DNA of 46,714 nt from Methanothrix sp. (GTDB lineage Archaea > Halobacteriota > Methanosarcinia > Methanotrichales > Methanotrichaceae), in NCBI GenBank assembly GCA_037128175.1, contig JBAXWY010000020.1, positions 1 through 46,714 of the forward strand. The letters are read 5' to 3'. Under the pieces are notes generated by a model, which searched no databases, was not told the origin of the DNA, and was given only the letters and a program-made list of their open reading frames with translations. The translations under genes and the position numbers were made by a program. Positions 18,847-28,379 of this stretch are shown piece by piece (position 1 is the stretch's first letter; each line of letters opens with the position of its first letter).

Positions 18847-18990
18847 ATGAGAGTGTTATCAAGTCTCAGAGAGCTGGAAATATCACTTAATGATTGGGAA
18901 AGATACCAGCGGTATTCCTTAGAGATGAGATTAAAGAGCTCTTGGGCAAAGGCTACTGATCGGCTCTCCGTTAAGGTAAATCCCGCTTAG
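18847..18990 (+). pseudogene. N-terminal fragment of a HEPN/DUF86 (HepT) toxin
   Basis: MRVLSSLRELEISLNDWERYQRYSLE directly after MNT; no Rx4-6H motif, similarity lost after ~18930. Confidence 0.55.
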
Positions 18991-19007
18991 CAGGATAGGT
19001 TGAGTAC

Positions 19008-19168
19008 GTGGGCCTCCCGCACGCCCCCACCAGTCCGGGCGCCTGCGCGTGCGGGCGAGCGGGCGTGGCCAGACGCGCGGGGGCAGCAGATCGGGAATGC
19101 GGAGCACGAGTTGGTGCGGATGCGGGGGCCGGTGGCACGATGGAGCGCACTTTGGGATGGGGGGATTT
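19008..19168 (+). pseudogene. decayed, internally deleted relic of the csb2 3' end
   Basis: 21-bp identity CACTTTGGGATGGGGGGATTT (19148-19168 vs 18416-18436), plus collinear blocks GCGGGCGTG, GCAGATCGG, GAGCACGAG matching ~18143-18200. Confidence 0.7.
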
Positions 19169-19281
19169 GTGGGTGATGATGACGAATTATGAGATATTGA
19201 GAACTTCAGGAGTGTGGTAAAACGTCACGCAGCATAATAGATTGTCCGAAGAAGCCATTTAATGTAGATCCTCATCCGGAT

Positions 19282-20517
19282 ATGATTGAGAAGCTCTACA
19301 ATATTCAGGTAATTACGCCGATATTCGGTGGTGGTGTCAAAGCCAACGAGAACGATCCTGTGACACCGATCAGGCCTTCAAGCATTCGAGGGCATCTCAG
19401 ATTCTGGTGGAGGGCAACGAGTGGTGCGAAATGCGCAACTGTTGCCGAGCTTCTACAAAGAGAGGGTAAGATATGGGGGACGACGTTGAATCCCAGTCAG
19501 GTTGGATTGCAGGTTGAAATAAAATCACCAGGAAAAACATACCCGTGTGCTTATTTCCCGGAAAACAAGAACTTTCCTCGGTTCGAAAGAAACCATCCAC
19601 CCTATGCGCTCTTTCCATTCCAAGGGAATAAAAGGGATGGCATTCCTCCAGCCAACTGTACATCCAATGTTTCTTTTGAATTGAAACTGAATCATCCAAA
19701 AAGCTTATCTCAGGATGTAGATGCTGCCGTTTGGGCCTGGACAAATTTTGGCGGAATAGGTGCCAGAGTGAGGCGTGGCTGCGGTGCGTTGTACTGCAAG
19801 GAGCTTTCCCCTAGGAGAGAATCACTAAATTCATGGTACAGATCATCCCTAGAGGGCTTTGGTGTTGAGTTATCCCGCTTGCAGGATTGGCCAACTCTTC
19901 CGGATAGATTCCTCGTCCAAGATAATAATAGTAACAATGTATTGCAGGGATGGACAGATGTGGTGGGCCTCATGCAGACCTTCAGGCAGGGCCAAGGCGT
20001 AGGCAGAAATCCTGGATCAAGCCCAAATCGGCCCGGTCGCTCCCGCTGGCCCGAGCCGGAATCAATAAGGAAGGCTACTGGCAGCAGATTCTTACGGCAC
20101 TCAAGGATGCCTGCAATCCCTGATGATGCCTTCCCCAGAGCAGAGCTAGGGCTGCCAATTGTATTTCACTTTAAGGATAATGATGATCCCAAGGATACTG
20201 AGCTATACCCGGTAGTCAGGGGAGAGGAGAAAACAAGAATGGCAAGTCCTCTGATCTTGAGGCCGATGATTTGCAGAAATGGAGAAGTAATTCAATTGAT
20301 TCTCAAGCTAAAATCCTCTTCTCCTGATGAAGTAGTGCTCAAAAAGGCATCAGGAAGTCCACGCTTCAAAAAATTGCGAGATCCTGCGCTGGCCAACTAT
20401 CCAAACTCACCCCTTGGCAGTCTGAAGGCTGGAGCACCAGCCCGCTCGTCATCAGGATCTGCTCTTGAAGGTTTCCTTGCCTTTGCAAAAGAATATGGAT
20501 TTGTAGAGGTGAACTAA
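19282..20517 (+). CDS. cmr1: type III-B RAMP Cmr1
   Basis: ITPIFGGG, IRPSSIRGHLRFWWRA, FGGIGARVRRGCG, RAELGLPIVFHF, RMASPLILRP. Confidence 0.93.
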   Translation: MIEKLYNIQVITPIFGGGVKANENDPVTPIRPSSIRGHLRFWWRATSGAKCATVAELLQREGKIWGTTLNPSQVGLQVEIKSPGKTYPCAYFPENKNFPRFERNHPPYALFPFQGNKRDGIPPANCTSNVSFELKLNHPKSLSQDVDAAVWAWTNFGGIGARVRRGCGALYCKELSPRRESLNSWYRSSLEGFGVELSRLQDWPTLPDRFLVQDNNSNNVLQGWTDVVGLMQTFRQGQGVGRNPGSSPNRPGRSRWPEPESIRKATGSRFLRHSRMPAIPDDAFPRAELGLPIVFHFKDNDDPKDTELYPVVRGEEKTRMASPLILRPMICRNGEVIQLILKLKSSSPDEVVLKKASGSPRFKKLRDPALANYPNSPLGSLKAGAPARSSSGSALEGFLAFAKEYGFVEVN

Positions 20518-22421
20518 TGGCATCGTATCTTTATGTTCTATCAATAGGGCCTGTTCAGGACTTCATCGTTGCTGCTCGGCGAACCAAAGACTTATGGTAT
20601 GGATCTTATCTTCTCTCCGTCATCAGTAAGGCCGCAGCAAGGGAAATTTCTCATTTAGGGGGATATCTGATATTTCCTGGACTTGATAAAAGAGATTTTC
20701 GATTGGAGTCCCTGGAAAGCGACTTTAGCGTAGCCAATGTTATTCTGGCAAGATTGCCTGACGGATGCGAAAGCCCGGAAGTAATCAATGAAAAAGCGCA
20801 GGATGCTGCCAAGAGAGTATGGATTGATCTGGCCGAAAAGGCAAAGAAGGAAGCTGGAAAGCTTGTTCGCCAGGATAAAATAGGGCAGGATATCTGGAAT
20901 GACCAGGTTGATGATGCAATCGAATTTTATGCAGCCTGGGTTCCAGAAGGTGTTAGCTACGATCGCATGAAAGTAATGCGGCTATTGGCAGGCAGGAAAT
21001 CAATCAGGAACTTCAGGCAGCCCAAGGGCTTTTTTGGCATTCCCAAATCATCTCTTGATGGTGCCAGGGAGAGCGTTATTCAAAGAGATAAAGCTCTTCC
21101 CAAATGGCTTTCTATGAAATTGCGCTTGAGTGATGCAGAGCAGCTCTGTGCCGTTGGACTGACCAAACGACTTGGCAGACGGCCGGACGGCAAAAATGCA
21201 GTATTTCCATCAGTCGTTCGAGTAGCTGCCGATCCGTGGATTCGAGGAATCAGAAGGCATCCTGGCGACAAAGCCAATAGGATTCTTGATGAGATAGAGG
21301 CTTGCTGCCGTGAAGGTGAAAACAGTTTTTCGACTGGCATAGGAGATAGGCTTTATCAAGAGTTCCGCTCGGACGGACATATTCTATATCCATCTCGCCT
21401 GGCCAGAGCTAAAGAGGATCTCAATGATATCTTAGATCAGGATGAAGACAACCCCTATATAGATGATCTCGTTAAGCTGGATCGAATTGAAAAAGCTGTC
21501 AATCAGCTGCAGAAAAAAGATGATGGCGGCCTGGGACTTGGTGAGCCTAACCAGTATCTAGCTGTATTGAAAGCGGATGGAGATCGCATGGGAAAAGCTC
21601 TTTTCACCATTGATTCAGTCGACAATCATAGAGCCTTTTCAGGGCTGCTTGCAGAGTTCGCGTCCGATGCAAAAAGAATAGTAGAAGAAGAGTATCACGG
21701 ATGTATGGTCTTCTCTGGCGGAGATGATGTCTTAGCTTTCTTGCCTTTAGATACCTGCCTTGGTGCAGCCAGAGCTCTTCATGATGGATTTAGAGAAAAA
21801 GGAGAAAAACTGACTGCACTTCAGGGCTATAGTTGCAGTCCATTAACGCTATCTGTTGGAATTGCCATCGGACATTACTTGGAGCCGCTGGAAAACCTGC
21901 TTAATTTCGGAAATGAGGCTGAGAAGGCCGCAAAAGATGGACGAGATGCTCAAGATGAAAGAGACGGCCTTGCCGTTCATATCTATCCACGGAGTGGTGC
22001 TCCCATAAAGATCAGAGAAAAATGGCTGCCCGAGAAGGCAAACGGCCTGGATGAACGTCTGCGCAAATGGGCTAAAATGCATTGCGAAAACAAGCTGCCA
22101 GATAGTGCTGCCTATGAAATGCGAGAATTAGCAGAGGATTACAAGGACTGGAAAACATCCTCAAAAGATGAGGAGGATAAGCTGAGAGATCTTATCGCTT
22201 CTGACGCATTAAGGCTTTTAAAACGAAAAACCGGCATCCTAGGACCGGCTCAGCTCCAAAAAGAAGACCTCAAAGGAATGTTGATGAATGCAGAGCCGTA
22301 CCAAGCAATCAGCAGAATGGCTTCAGAGCTCATCCTCGCTCGGAGGATTGCAGTTGCCATGAAACAGGCTGGAGATGAGAAATCGCCTAAGCAGGTAAGG
22401 CAAACTCAGGAGGTCGCTTAA
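20517..22421 (+). CDS. cmr2: Cas10/Cmr2, lacking HD domain, cyclase motif intact
   Basis: Starts SIGPVQDFIVAARRTKDLWYGSYLLS; LKADGDRMG; FSGGDDVLAFL. Confidence 0.95.
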   Translation: MASYLYVLSIGPVQDFIVAARRTKDLWYGSYLLSVISKAAAREISHLGGYLIFPGLDKRDFRLESLESDFSVANVILARLPDGCESPEVINEKAQDAAKRVWIDLAEKAKKEAGKLVRQDKIGQDIWNDQVDDAIEFYAAWVPEGVSYDRMKVMRLLAGRKSIRNFRQPKGFFGIPKSSLDGARESVIQRDKALPKWLSMKLRLSDAEQLCAVGLTKRLGRRPDGKNAVFPSVVRVAADPWIRGIRRHPGDKANRILDEIEACCREGENSFSTGIGDRLYQEFRSDGHILYPSRLARAKEDLNDILDQDEDNPYIDDLVKLDRIEKAVNQLQKKDDGGLGLGEPNQYLAVLKADGDRMGKALFTIDSVDNHRAFSGLLAEFASDAKRIVEEEYHGCMVFSGGDDVLAFLPLDTCLGAARALHDGFREKGEKLTALQGYSCSPLTLSVGIAIGHYLEPLENLLNFGNEAEKAAKDGRDAQDERDGLAVHIYPRSGAPIKIREKWLPEKANGLDERLRKWAKMHCENKLPDSAAYEMRELAEDYKDWKTSSKDEEDKLRDLIASDALRLLKRKTGILGPAQLQKEDLKGMLMNAEPYQAISRMASELILARRIAVAMKQAGDEKSPKQVRQTQEVA

Positions 22422-23656
22422 TGGTGCTTTATCTTAAAATAACTGCCCATGATCCGCTTATCGCCAGAGATGGTCGCCCGTTTGGCCTGGGAATCCGAAT
22501 GAAATCTCTAGATTGGCTCTATCCATCAGTTCTTGCCGGTTCCTTTAGAACTATGCTGGGAAATGCATGCAACAGCAATTTCGATGAGAAGACTTCTGAG
22601 GATTTAAAGCGGATTTCTATATCAGGTCCATTGCCATTCTGGCAGGGCAAACTCTATGTCCCGCAGCCGAAAGATCTTCTGGTCAAGGAAGAAAACAAGA
22701 AACGAGAACTCAATGCATTTGCTATTCGACCTGTGAATATTAATGGAAATGATTGGAGAGATTGTGGCTGCGATCTTCCAACGGGAGGGTTATATCCAGC
22801 AATGCTGCCCGGCAGTGTTGATGGCGAGTTTAAGCCCGCCAAAACTCCATTGCTCTGGTCGATGGAAACCATGAAGAAATGGCTGGCAAACGCTAGAGGT
22901 GAGGGCTTTCAATCTCCGCCCGATCCGGAGAAAATTTCGGGTAGAACTGACTTCTTGAATCTGCCTAAAAAAGAAGCTAGGACTCATGTCAAGATCGATC
23001 CAAAGGTCGGAACATCCGAAGATGCCAAGCTCTTCGAAACCATCGGGCTTGATTTCACTATCAAGGGCCAGGAAGAAAAAATCGAGCTTGTTGCCAGGGT
23101 TGAAGACGAAGGAAAATATGCAGATATTGCATCAAAGATCGATTCACTCAACTCTATCGGAGGAGAGAGGAGACTGGCCAGATGGAAGGCGCTCAAGTCC
23201 CAGGAGGGATGGACCTTCCCACTGGATTTAGCTTCTGATTTTTCCGGCAAGAAGAAAGTGCGTATGGTTTTAGCGACCCCAGCTATCTTTTCGGATGGAT
23301 GGGAGCCAGGATGGCTTAAAGACTGGCCACCGAATGAAGAGCCCGATTATTGGCCTAATGGATTGAAGCTGAGGCTCGTATCGGCATGCATAGATCGCTG
23401 GAAGGCGGTCTCCGGATGGAGCCTGGAGAAAAACAAGAACCGAGGCCCGGGCCCGAAGCGCATTAGAAGACTTGTGCCTGCCGGCTCAGTTTACTTCTTC
23501 GAGATTGATGGGGATCTGGATGCTGCATCTATTGCCAAAGACCTTTGGCTGAGATCGGTCTGCGATAACGATCAAGACCGACGTGATGGATTCGGCCTGG
23601 CTTTATGGGGCATTTGGGATTATGCAAACGAAAAGATGATAATAAAGCAGGATTAG
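22421..23656 (+). CDS. cmr3: type III-B Cmr3
   Basis: DPLIARDGRPF, IGGERR, LATPAIF, VPAGSVYFF, DGFGLALWG. Confidence 0.93.
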   Translation: MVLYLKITAHDPLIARDGRPFGLGIRMKSLDWLYPSVLAGSFRTMLGNACNSNFDEKTSEDLKRISISGPLPFWQGKLYVPQPKDLLVKEENKKRELNAFAIRPVNINGNDWRDCGCDLPTGGLYPAMLPGSVDGEFKPAKTPLLWSMETMKKWLANARGEGFQSPPDPEKISGRTDFLNLPKKEARTHVKIDPKVGTSEDAKLFETIGLDFTIKGQEEKIELVARVEDEGKYADIASKIDSLNSIGGERRLARWKALKSQEGWTFPLDLASDFSGKKKVRMVLATPAIFSDGWEPGWLKDWPPNEEPDYWPNGLKLRLVSACIDRWKAVSGWSLEKNKNRGPGPKRIRRLVPAGSVYFFEIDGDLDAASIAKDLWLRSVCDNDQDRRDGFGLALWGIWDYANEKMIIKQD

Positions 23657-23669
23657 GAGGTGCAAGATC

Positions 23670-24566
23670 ATGGAGAATAACACTAGAATGTACTGGTTGC
23701 AGACGATAACGCCTTTGCACGTTGGAGCCGGAAAAGGAGTTGGATTTATAGATATGCCTATCATGAGGGAGAAGGTCACAGATTGGCCGCTGGTTCCCGG
23801 CTCGGCAGCAAAGGGCGTGTTGAGAGATCACTTCTCCCAGAACGGAAATGATGAACAGAAGAAACTGATAGATGTCGCCTTTGGAAAACAGATCGTGGAT
23901 GACTCATCCAATGCAGGTTCTTTGATTCTCACCGATGCTCACATCGTCTGCCTGCCTGTGAGGAGCCTCTATGGAACATTCGCTTACATCACCAGCCCGC
24001 TGGTTTTAGAGAGGCTAAAAAGAGATCTCGAAGCGGCAGGCTACAATGACCTTCCTCCAACCCATAGTCCTGCAAGAGACGAAGTCTTGTTAGCGAATGG
24101 ATCGAAGATTTCCGGTGAAGAACGGGTTTTCTTTGAAGATCTGGATTTCAAGGCAAAGGAAGATGAAAATGCCCAGAAGTGGGCGGAAATGCTGGCAGGA
24201 GTAATCTTTCCTAAGGAATTAGCCAAAGATGCGGTCTGGAAAGGCATCTTTGAAGAGAGGTTTGCAATCCTATCTGATGATTGTTTCAACTTCCTGTCAA
24301 AGACTGGCACCGAAGTGACGGCGCACATCAGGATTGAAGATGATACGAAAATTGTGTCCAAGGGTGCACTCTGGTATGAGGAGGCCCTTCCTGCGGAGGC
24401 GATACTTGCAGGGATCGCCTGGTGCGACAGAGTTTTCGGCGGCAATGGGATAACCCGGAGCAAAATATTGGAAACATACTGCACGAAGGATAAGTTGGAC
24501 CTGCAGATGGGTGGAAAAGCAACCGTCGGCAAAGGCCGGGTTAGGTGTCAGTTCAGGAGGAGCTAG
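23670..24566 (+). CDS. cmr4: type III-B Cmr4 (Cas7-family RNase backbone)
   Basis: TPLHVGAG, IDMPIMRE (catalytic Asp), LWYEEALP, QMGGKATVGKG. Confidence 0.95.
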   Translation: MENNTRMYWLQTITPLHVGAGKGVGFIDMPIMREKVTDWPLVPGSAAKGVLRDHFSQNGNDEQKKLIDVAFGKQIVDDSSNAGSLILTDAHIVCLPVRSLYGTFAYITSPLVLERLKRDLEAAGYNDLPPTHSPARDEVLLANGSKISGEERVFFEDLDFKAKEDENAQKWAEMLAGVIFPKELAKDAVWKGIFEERFAILSDDCFNFLSKTGTEVTAHIRIEDDTKIVSKGALWYEEALPAEAILAGIAWCDRVFGGNGITRSKILETYCTKDKLDLQMGGKATVGKGRVRCQFRRS

Positions 24567-24570
24567 GACT

Positions 24571-24918
24571 ATGGACGAGAAGCATCAAACCCGACAGCAA
24601 AAGAGGGCGCAGAAAGCTTATGACTGTATTCTCTCCCGAGGCAAAACTGATGAAGAATATAGCCAGCTTGCTAGGAGATTTCCGGCCCTGGTGCAATCCT
24701 GCGGGCTGGCCCAGGCTCTGGCCTTTGTGGCGGCAAAGGAAGGGCAAACAGGAAGAGATTACATCGCTCATATCTCCCAGGTTATGAATGAGAAAGGAGA
24801 CTTGGGCGAGTCCAGCAGAAAATCGGATCTTATGAAATATCAACGGCTAACTTATGAGGCCATTGAGTCTGCAACCTGGCTCAAGCGCTACTCTGAGGCA
24901 CTACTGGAGACTGATTGA
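24571..24918 (+). CDS. cmr5: type III-B small subunit Cmr5
   Basis: QQKRAQKAY, FPALVQSCGLAQALAF, WLKRYSEA; ATG at 24571 chosen over the longer overlapping ORF. Confidence 0.92.
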   Translation: MDEKHQTRQQKRAQKAYDCILSRGKTDEEYSQLARRFPALVQSCGLAQALAFVAAKEGQTGRDYIAHISQVMNEKGDLGESSRKSDLMKYQRLTYEAIESATWLKRYSEALLETD

Positions 24919-26108
24919 ATATGGCTGATTCATGCAGAGCTGCTATCTCAAATTGGTGGACGCAGGAGCATCCGGTAGGTGCAAACGCCGGTCTACTCAG
25001 GGATAGATATCTGAGAGTGGCAGTGAAGGATAAGGCAAATCATCCCGGAGCACGCAGGGATCTTTTTGAGGTGATGCGTCAATCTCTGGTTCAATCGGAA
25101 GCGGTCTATCAGACTGCATATCTGCGTCAATTATCCGCCCGTCAAGAAAACTTGCTTCAAAAGCCTAAAGCGGAAGGCTTCTTTTGCACAAAGGGGAGAA
25201 TGGTGATTGGCCTTGGTGGCGAGAACGTCCTGGAGACAGGGATCACACTTCATCACACCTATGGTACTCCTTTAATCCCCGGAACGGCTCTAAAAGGCTT
25301 AGCTTCCCACTACTGCGACCAGGTGTGGGGCGAAAGAGATCAGGGTCAAGGCTTCAAGAGATGGATAAAAGGAGAAAACGGTGGCGAATATCACAAAGCC
25401 ATCTTTGGAACCACCGAGGATTCCGGACATATCATTTTTCACGATGCCTGGGTCACTCCCGAAACAATAGCGATGTCACTTCAGCCGGATGTTATGACGC
25501 CGCACCACGGCGATTACTATTCAGGCGAAGCAGCGCCCACAGACTTCGATGATCCCAATCCGGTCACATTTCTCTCCGTCGTGGGGACCTTCCACATTGC
25601 AGTCTCATGTGATGTTCCGGGAGAGGAAGGGCAAAATTGGGCAAAGCTTGCCTTCGATCTGCTCTCCGAGGCTCTCCGTGAGTGGGGCATCGGCGGCAAG
25701 ACCAATGCCGGCTACGGGAGGCTCGTCTTGGAGAATTTAGGTGAAGTGGATGGCCCGTCATCGGAAAATACAAAGGATTCAAAGCCTCCGGTTCCAGGCC
25801 CTGATGTGCAGAGGCCGTCGAAACCGCCCCAACCTGCCGCCAAGAAGCTGAAATACAAGAAAGGCGATACCGTGGAAGTTACCAAGGTTGCCGATCCCAA
25901 AGAGAAGCGAAGCGCAGCCTACTTCATGGCCGATGATGGCGTCGGTGGACAAGTTGTTCTGGGAACGCCGCCTTCTGTTGAGATGGGTCAGAAGGTCCGC
26001 CTGGAAATAAACGGAGTCATGGAAAAAGAGGGGTTGTACAATTTTGCCGCCGTTGGCGCTAAGAGAGAGCCCCCTCGGCAGGCCAGGGACAAAAGAGGGC
26101 GAAGATGA
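24915..26108 (+). CDS. cmr6: type III-B Cmr6 with C-terminal extension
   Basis: ETGITLHHTYGTPLIPGTALKG, DVMTPHH, PNPVTFL, GIGGKTNAGYG, then a Pro-rich linker and a beta-rich domain. Confidence 0.93.
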   Translation: MNMADSCRAAISNWWTQEHPVGANAGLLRDRYLRVAVKDKANHPGARRDLFEVMRQSLVQSEAVYQTAYLRQLSARQENLLQKPKAEGFFCTKGRMVIGLGGENVLETGITLHHTYGTPLIPGTALKGLASHYCDQVWGERDQGQGFKRWIKGENGGEYHKAIFGTTEDSGHIIFHDAWVTPETIAMSLQPDVMTPHHGDYYSGEAAPTDFDDPNPVTFLSVVGTFHIAVSCDVPGEEGQNWAKLAFDLLSEALREWGIGGKTNAGYGRLVLENLGEVDGPSSENTKDSKPPVPGPDVQRPSKPPQPAAKKLKYKKGDTVEVTKVADPKEKRSAAYFMADDGVGGQVVLGTPPSVEMGQKVRLEINGVMEKEGLYNFAAVGAKREPPRQARDKRGRR

Positions 26109-27355
26109 AGATCATGGTCTGCCTCATCAGCGGGCAGCACGTCCCCAATCTGCTCTCCATAAGGTCGGAGACTCCCGTTCCCGATCAGTTGGTCCTGATT
26201 GTGACGCCACTGATGAGGGCCAGGGATAAGCATAATCAGCTCTTGAATGCCCTGGCAGTCGGTGGGCTGGATTATGGACCCAGGCATGATATCAAGGATC
26301 TTACGAAAGAGGATTCCATCTCTGAGACTTACGACCTGCTAAAAAAGATCCATAAGGAACACCTGAATGATGAGTTAGTCGTGAATCTCACTGGTGGAAC
26401 AAAGCCCATGTGCATTGGTGCATACGAGTTCTCCAAAGAGAAGCACCTAAGAACCCTCTATGTTCCTGAAGGCAACCAACACGAAGCTAAAGATCTACTT
26501 GGAGAATCGTCTGTAGATTTGAAACACCGGATTTCTACTGCAGAGTTTTTAGAGGGCTATGGATTTGGAGTCCAAAATCCAGGCGATCTAAAGATATCAA
26601 GAGAAAGAGCCGAGGATCTTTTTGAGCTTGCTGCACGGTTGACGGCCAATAACGAAGATCATGGCCTCAGGGGAATGCTGGGGAAAATCCAAGGCCTCAT
26701 GGAAAAGAAGAAGGAGGACGATCGGAAGGGATGGAATAGAGACGGACTCATTCTTACCGAGGAATCAAACGTATATCTGGATAACGAGTCTCTCAGATCA
26801 AAAATAGCATCAAAATTGGGTCTGAAGACCAAAGATTCGATGCTCTTGGGAAGCCTGGATAAGCACCGAGTGGAATTTCTGGCAGGTAAATGTCTGGAAG
26901 TCTTTGTCTGGGGAATGCTCAATCCCTTCGTCAAAGATGAAAGGATCTGGGACCTAAATCAAGGCGTCAGAGTCGGAAAGGCTTTTCCGGGTGAGGATAA
27001 TGATCTGGATGTCTCCTTCATGATGAATCAGTCGCTTTGCACCGTGGAGTGCAAGACCGGAGGCCAAGAGCATGATCCTGCCGGAAAGGATGTGCTCTAT
27101 AAAATTGAAGCGATAAAATCCGGTCTTAGAGCAATACGGGTTAAGACCTATCTGGCAACGACCTCTGATAATGTAATCGATACTCAAAAAGGCGGTATTA
27201 AAGAGCCTCTTCTCAGAAGGGCGGATATTTATGAATGCAAAATTATTGCCGGTGGCAAACTCAGGGAGCTGGCCGAGCTTTATTTCTTGAAAAGCCCTAA
27301 ACTGGCCGAAAGAGTTGCTGAAGAATTCGAAATTCGAAAGGCGGTTAAAAGATGA
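26105..27355 (+). CDS. CARF plus PD-(D/E)xK nuclease effector (Card1/Can2, DUF1887-like)
   Basis: CARF motifs VCLISGQHVPN and NLTGGTKPM; nuclease motifs LEVFV, NDLDV, VECKTG. Confidence 0.85.
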   Translation: MKIMVCLISGQHVPNLLSIRSETPVPDQLVLIVTPLMRARDKHNQLLNALAVGGLDYGPRHDIKDLTKEDSISETYDLLKKIHKEHLNDELVVNLTGGTKPMCIGAYEFSKEKHLRTLYVPEGNQHEAKDLLGESSVDLKHRISTAEFLEGYGFGVQNPGDLKISRERAEDLFELAARLTANNEDHGLRGMLGKIQGLMEKKKEDDRKGWNRDGLILTEESNVYLDNESLRSKIASKLGLKTKDSMLLGSLDKHRVEFLAGKCLEVFVWGMLNPFVKDERIWDLNQGVRVGKAFPGEDNDLDVSFMMNQSLCTVECKTGGQEHDPAGKDVLYKIEAIKSGLRAIRVKTYLATTSDNVIDTQKGGIKEPLLRRADIYECKIIAGGKLRELAELYFLKSPKLAERVAEEFEIRKAVKR

Positions 27356-27630
27356 CCGCTCCCGTCATCTACTCCATCGCCGTCTCCTCGCCCATTACCC
27401 CTGCCGAGCCCCTGCCCCCGCTGCCCGAGATCCCCCGCGGCTCGCTCGTGATCGTGGAGGGACGGGCACCAATCTGGCGCTACGGCATGGCCCTGCACAG
27501 GCTGCACGGCTCGTCCGCTGCCGCCGTGGCCTTCTACGATCCGCGGCTAGGGGCGGTAGTGGTGGCCAGCCACAGCCGGGAGTGGCAGGTGGGCCAGGTG
27601 TTGGAGGTTACGCTGCCTGCTGAGCAGTAG
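27352..27630 (+). CDS. csx3: Csx3 (Crn3) ring nuclease
   Basis: VEGRAPIWRY, YDPRLGAVVVASHS. Confidence 0.9.
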   Translation: MTAPVIYSIAVSSPITPAEPLPPLPEIPRGSLVIVEGRAPIWRYGMALHRLHGSSAAAVAFYDPRLGAVVVASHSREWQVGQVLEVTLPAEQ

Positions 27631-27791
27631 AGTGCCATATTTCCGGTAGGCGAGACCCATGCGTTCAAGGCCCGACAGCGGAATATTTGCAAATTTATAA
27701 AAACCAATGGAGCTAGCTGGCTATGCCATCTCCACAGCACAGTAGATTGAAATGAGGTGAATGATATAGTCATAAGGGGGGCGGAATTAGG

Positions 27792-28097
27792 GTGTTAATC
27801 GAGGACATCAAGGAGCACATTCTGCTAGGTAATTATATAATAACATTTCATGCCCACAGAAGGATGGATGAGAGGGGCATTTCTACTGAAGATCTGGTTA
27901 ATTTGATATTGGATGGAAGTATAATAGAAGATTATCCAGACAGCAAGCCATGCCCCTCTGCTCTCATAACTGGCATTGCTAGCTGGCAATGCTGTCATGC
28001 TGTGGTTGCGCTGTGCGAAAACCACTTGCGTATTGTCACAGTCTACTGGCCGGAGGATGGAAAATGGATAGACCATATGACGAGAAGAAAGAGTTGA
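27792..28097 (+). CDS. DUF4258-family putative toxin
   Basis: HAHRRMDERGI, IIEDYPD..PCPSALI, IVTVYWP...W. Confidence 0.8.
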   Translation: MLIEDIKEHILLGNYIITFHAHRRMDERGISTEDLVNLILDGSIIEDYPDSKPCPSALITGIASWQCCHAVVALCENHLRIVTVYWPEDGKWIDHMTRRKS

Positions 28098-28351
28098 TCC
28101 CTGACACCTGCAACTGCGGTCGAGGCAGATTGCATCGTGGCTTCAAAGAGTATGTCACTAAAGTCAATGGGGGCGTAGTGGTGATAAAAAACGTCCCGGC
28201 TTTGATGTGTGACCTTTGTGATGAGGCTTATCTCACACCGGAAGCGTCAAGAGAGATTGATAAGATTGTGAAGGATTTTCGTGAAGGAAGGCTTTTGGCA
28301 AAGCCCATTGCGGCCGGCGAAGTCGAGCTTAAGATGAAGGAAGCGGCTTGA
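28094..28351 (+). CDS. YgiT/MqsA-type zinc-finger putative antitoxin
   Basis: TTG start overlapping the upstream TGA; CNCG...VVIKNVPALMCDLCDEAYL. Confidence 0.8.
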   Translation: MIPDTCNCGRGRLHRGFKEYVTKVNGGVVVIKNVPALMCDLCDEAYLTPEASREIDKIVKDFREGRLLAKPIAAGEVELKMKEAA

Positions 28352-28379
28352 TAGGATTGACATGCAAGATGACAAAAAA

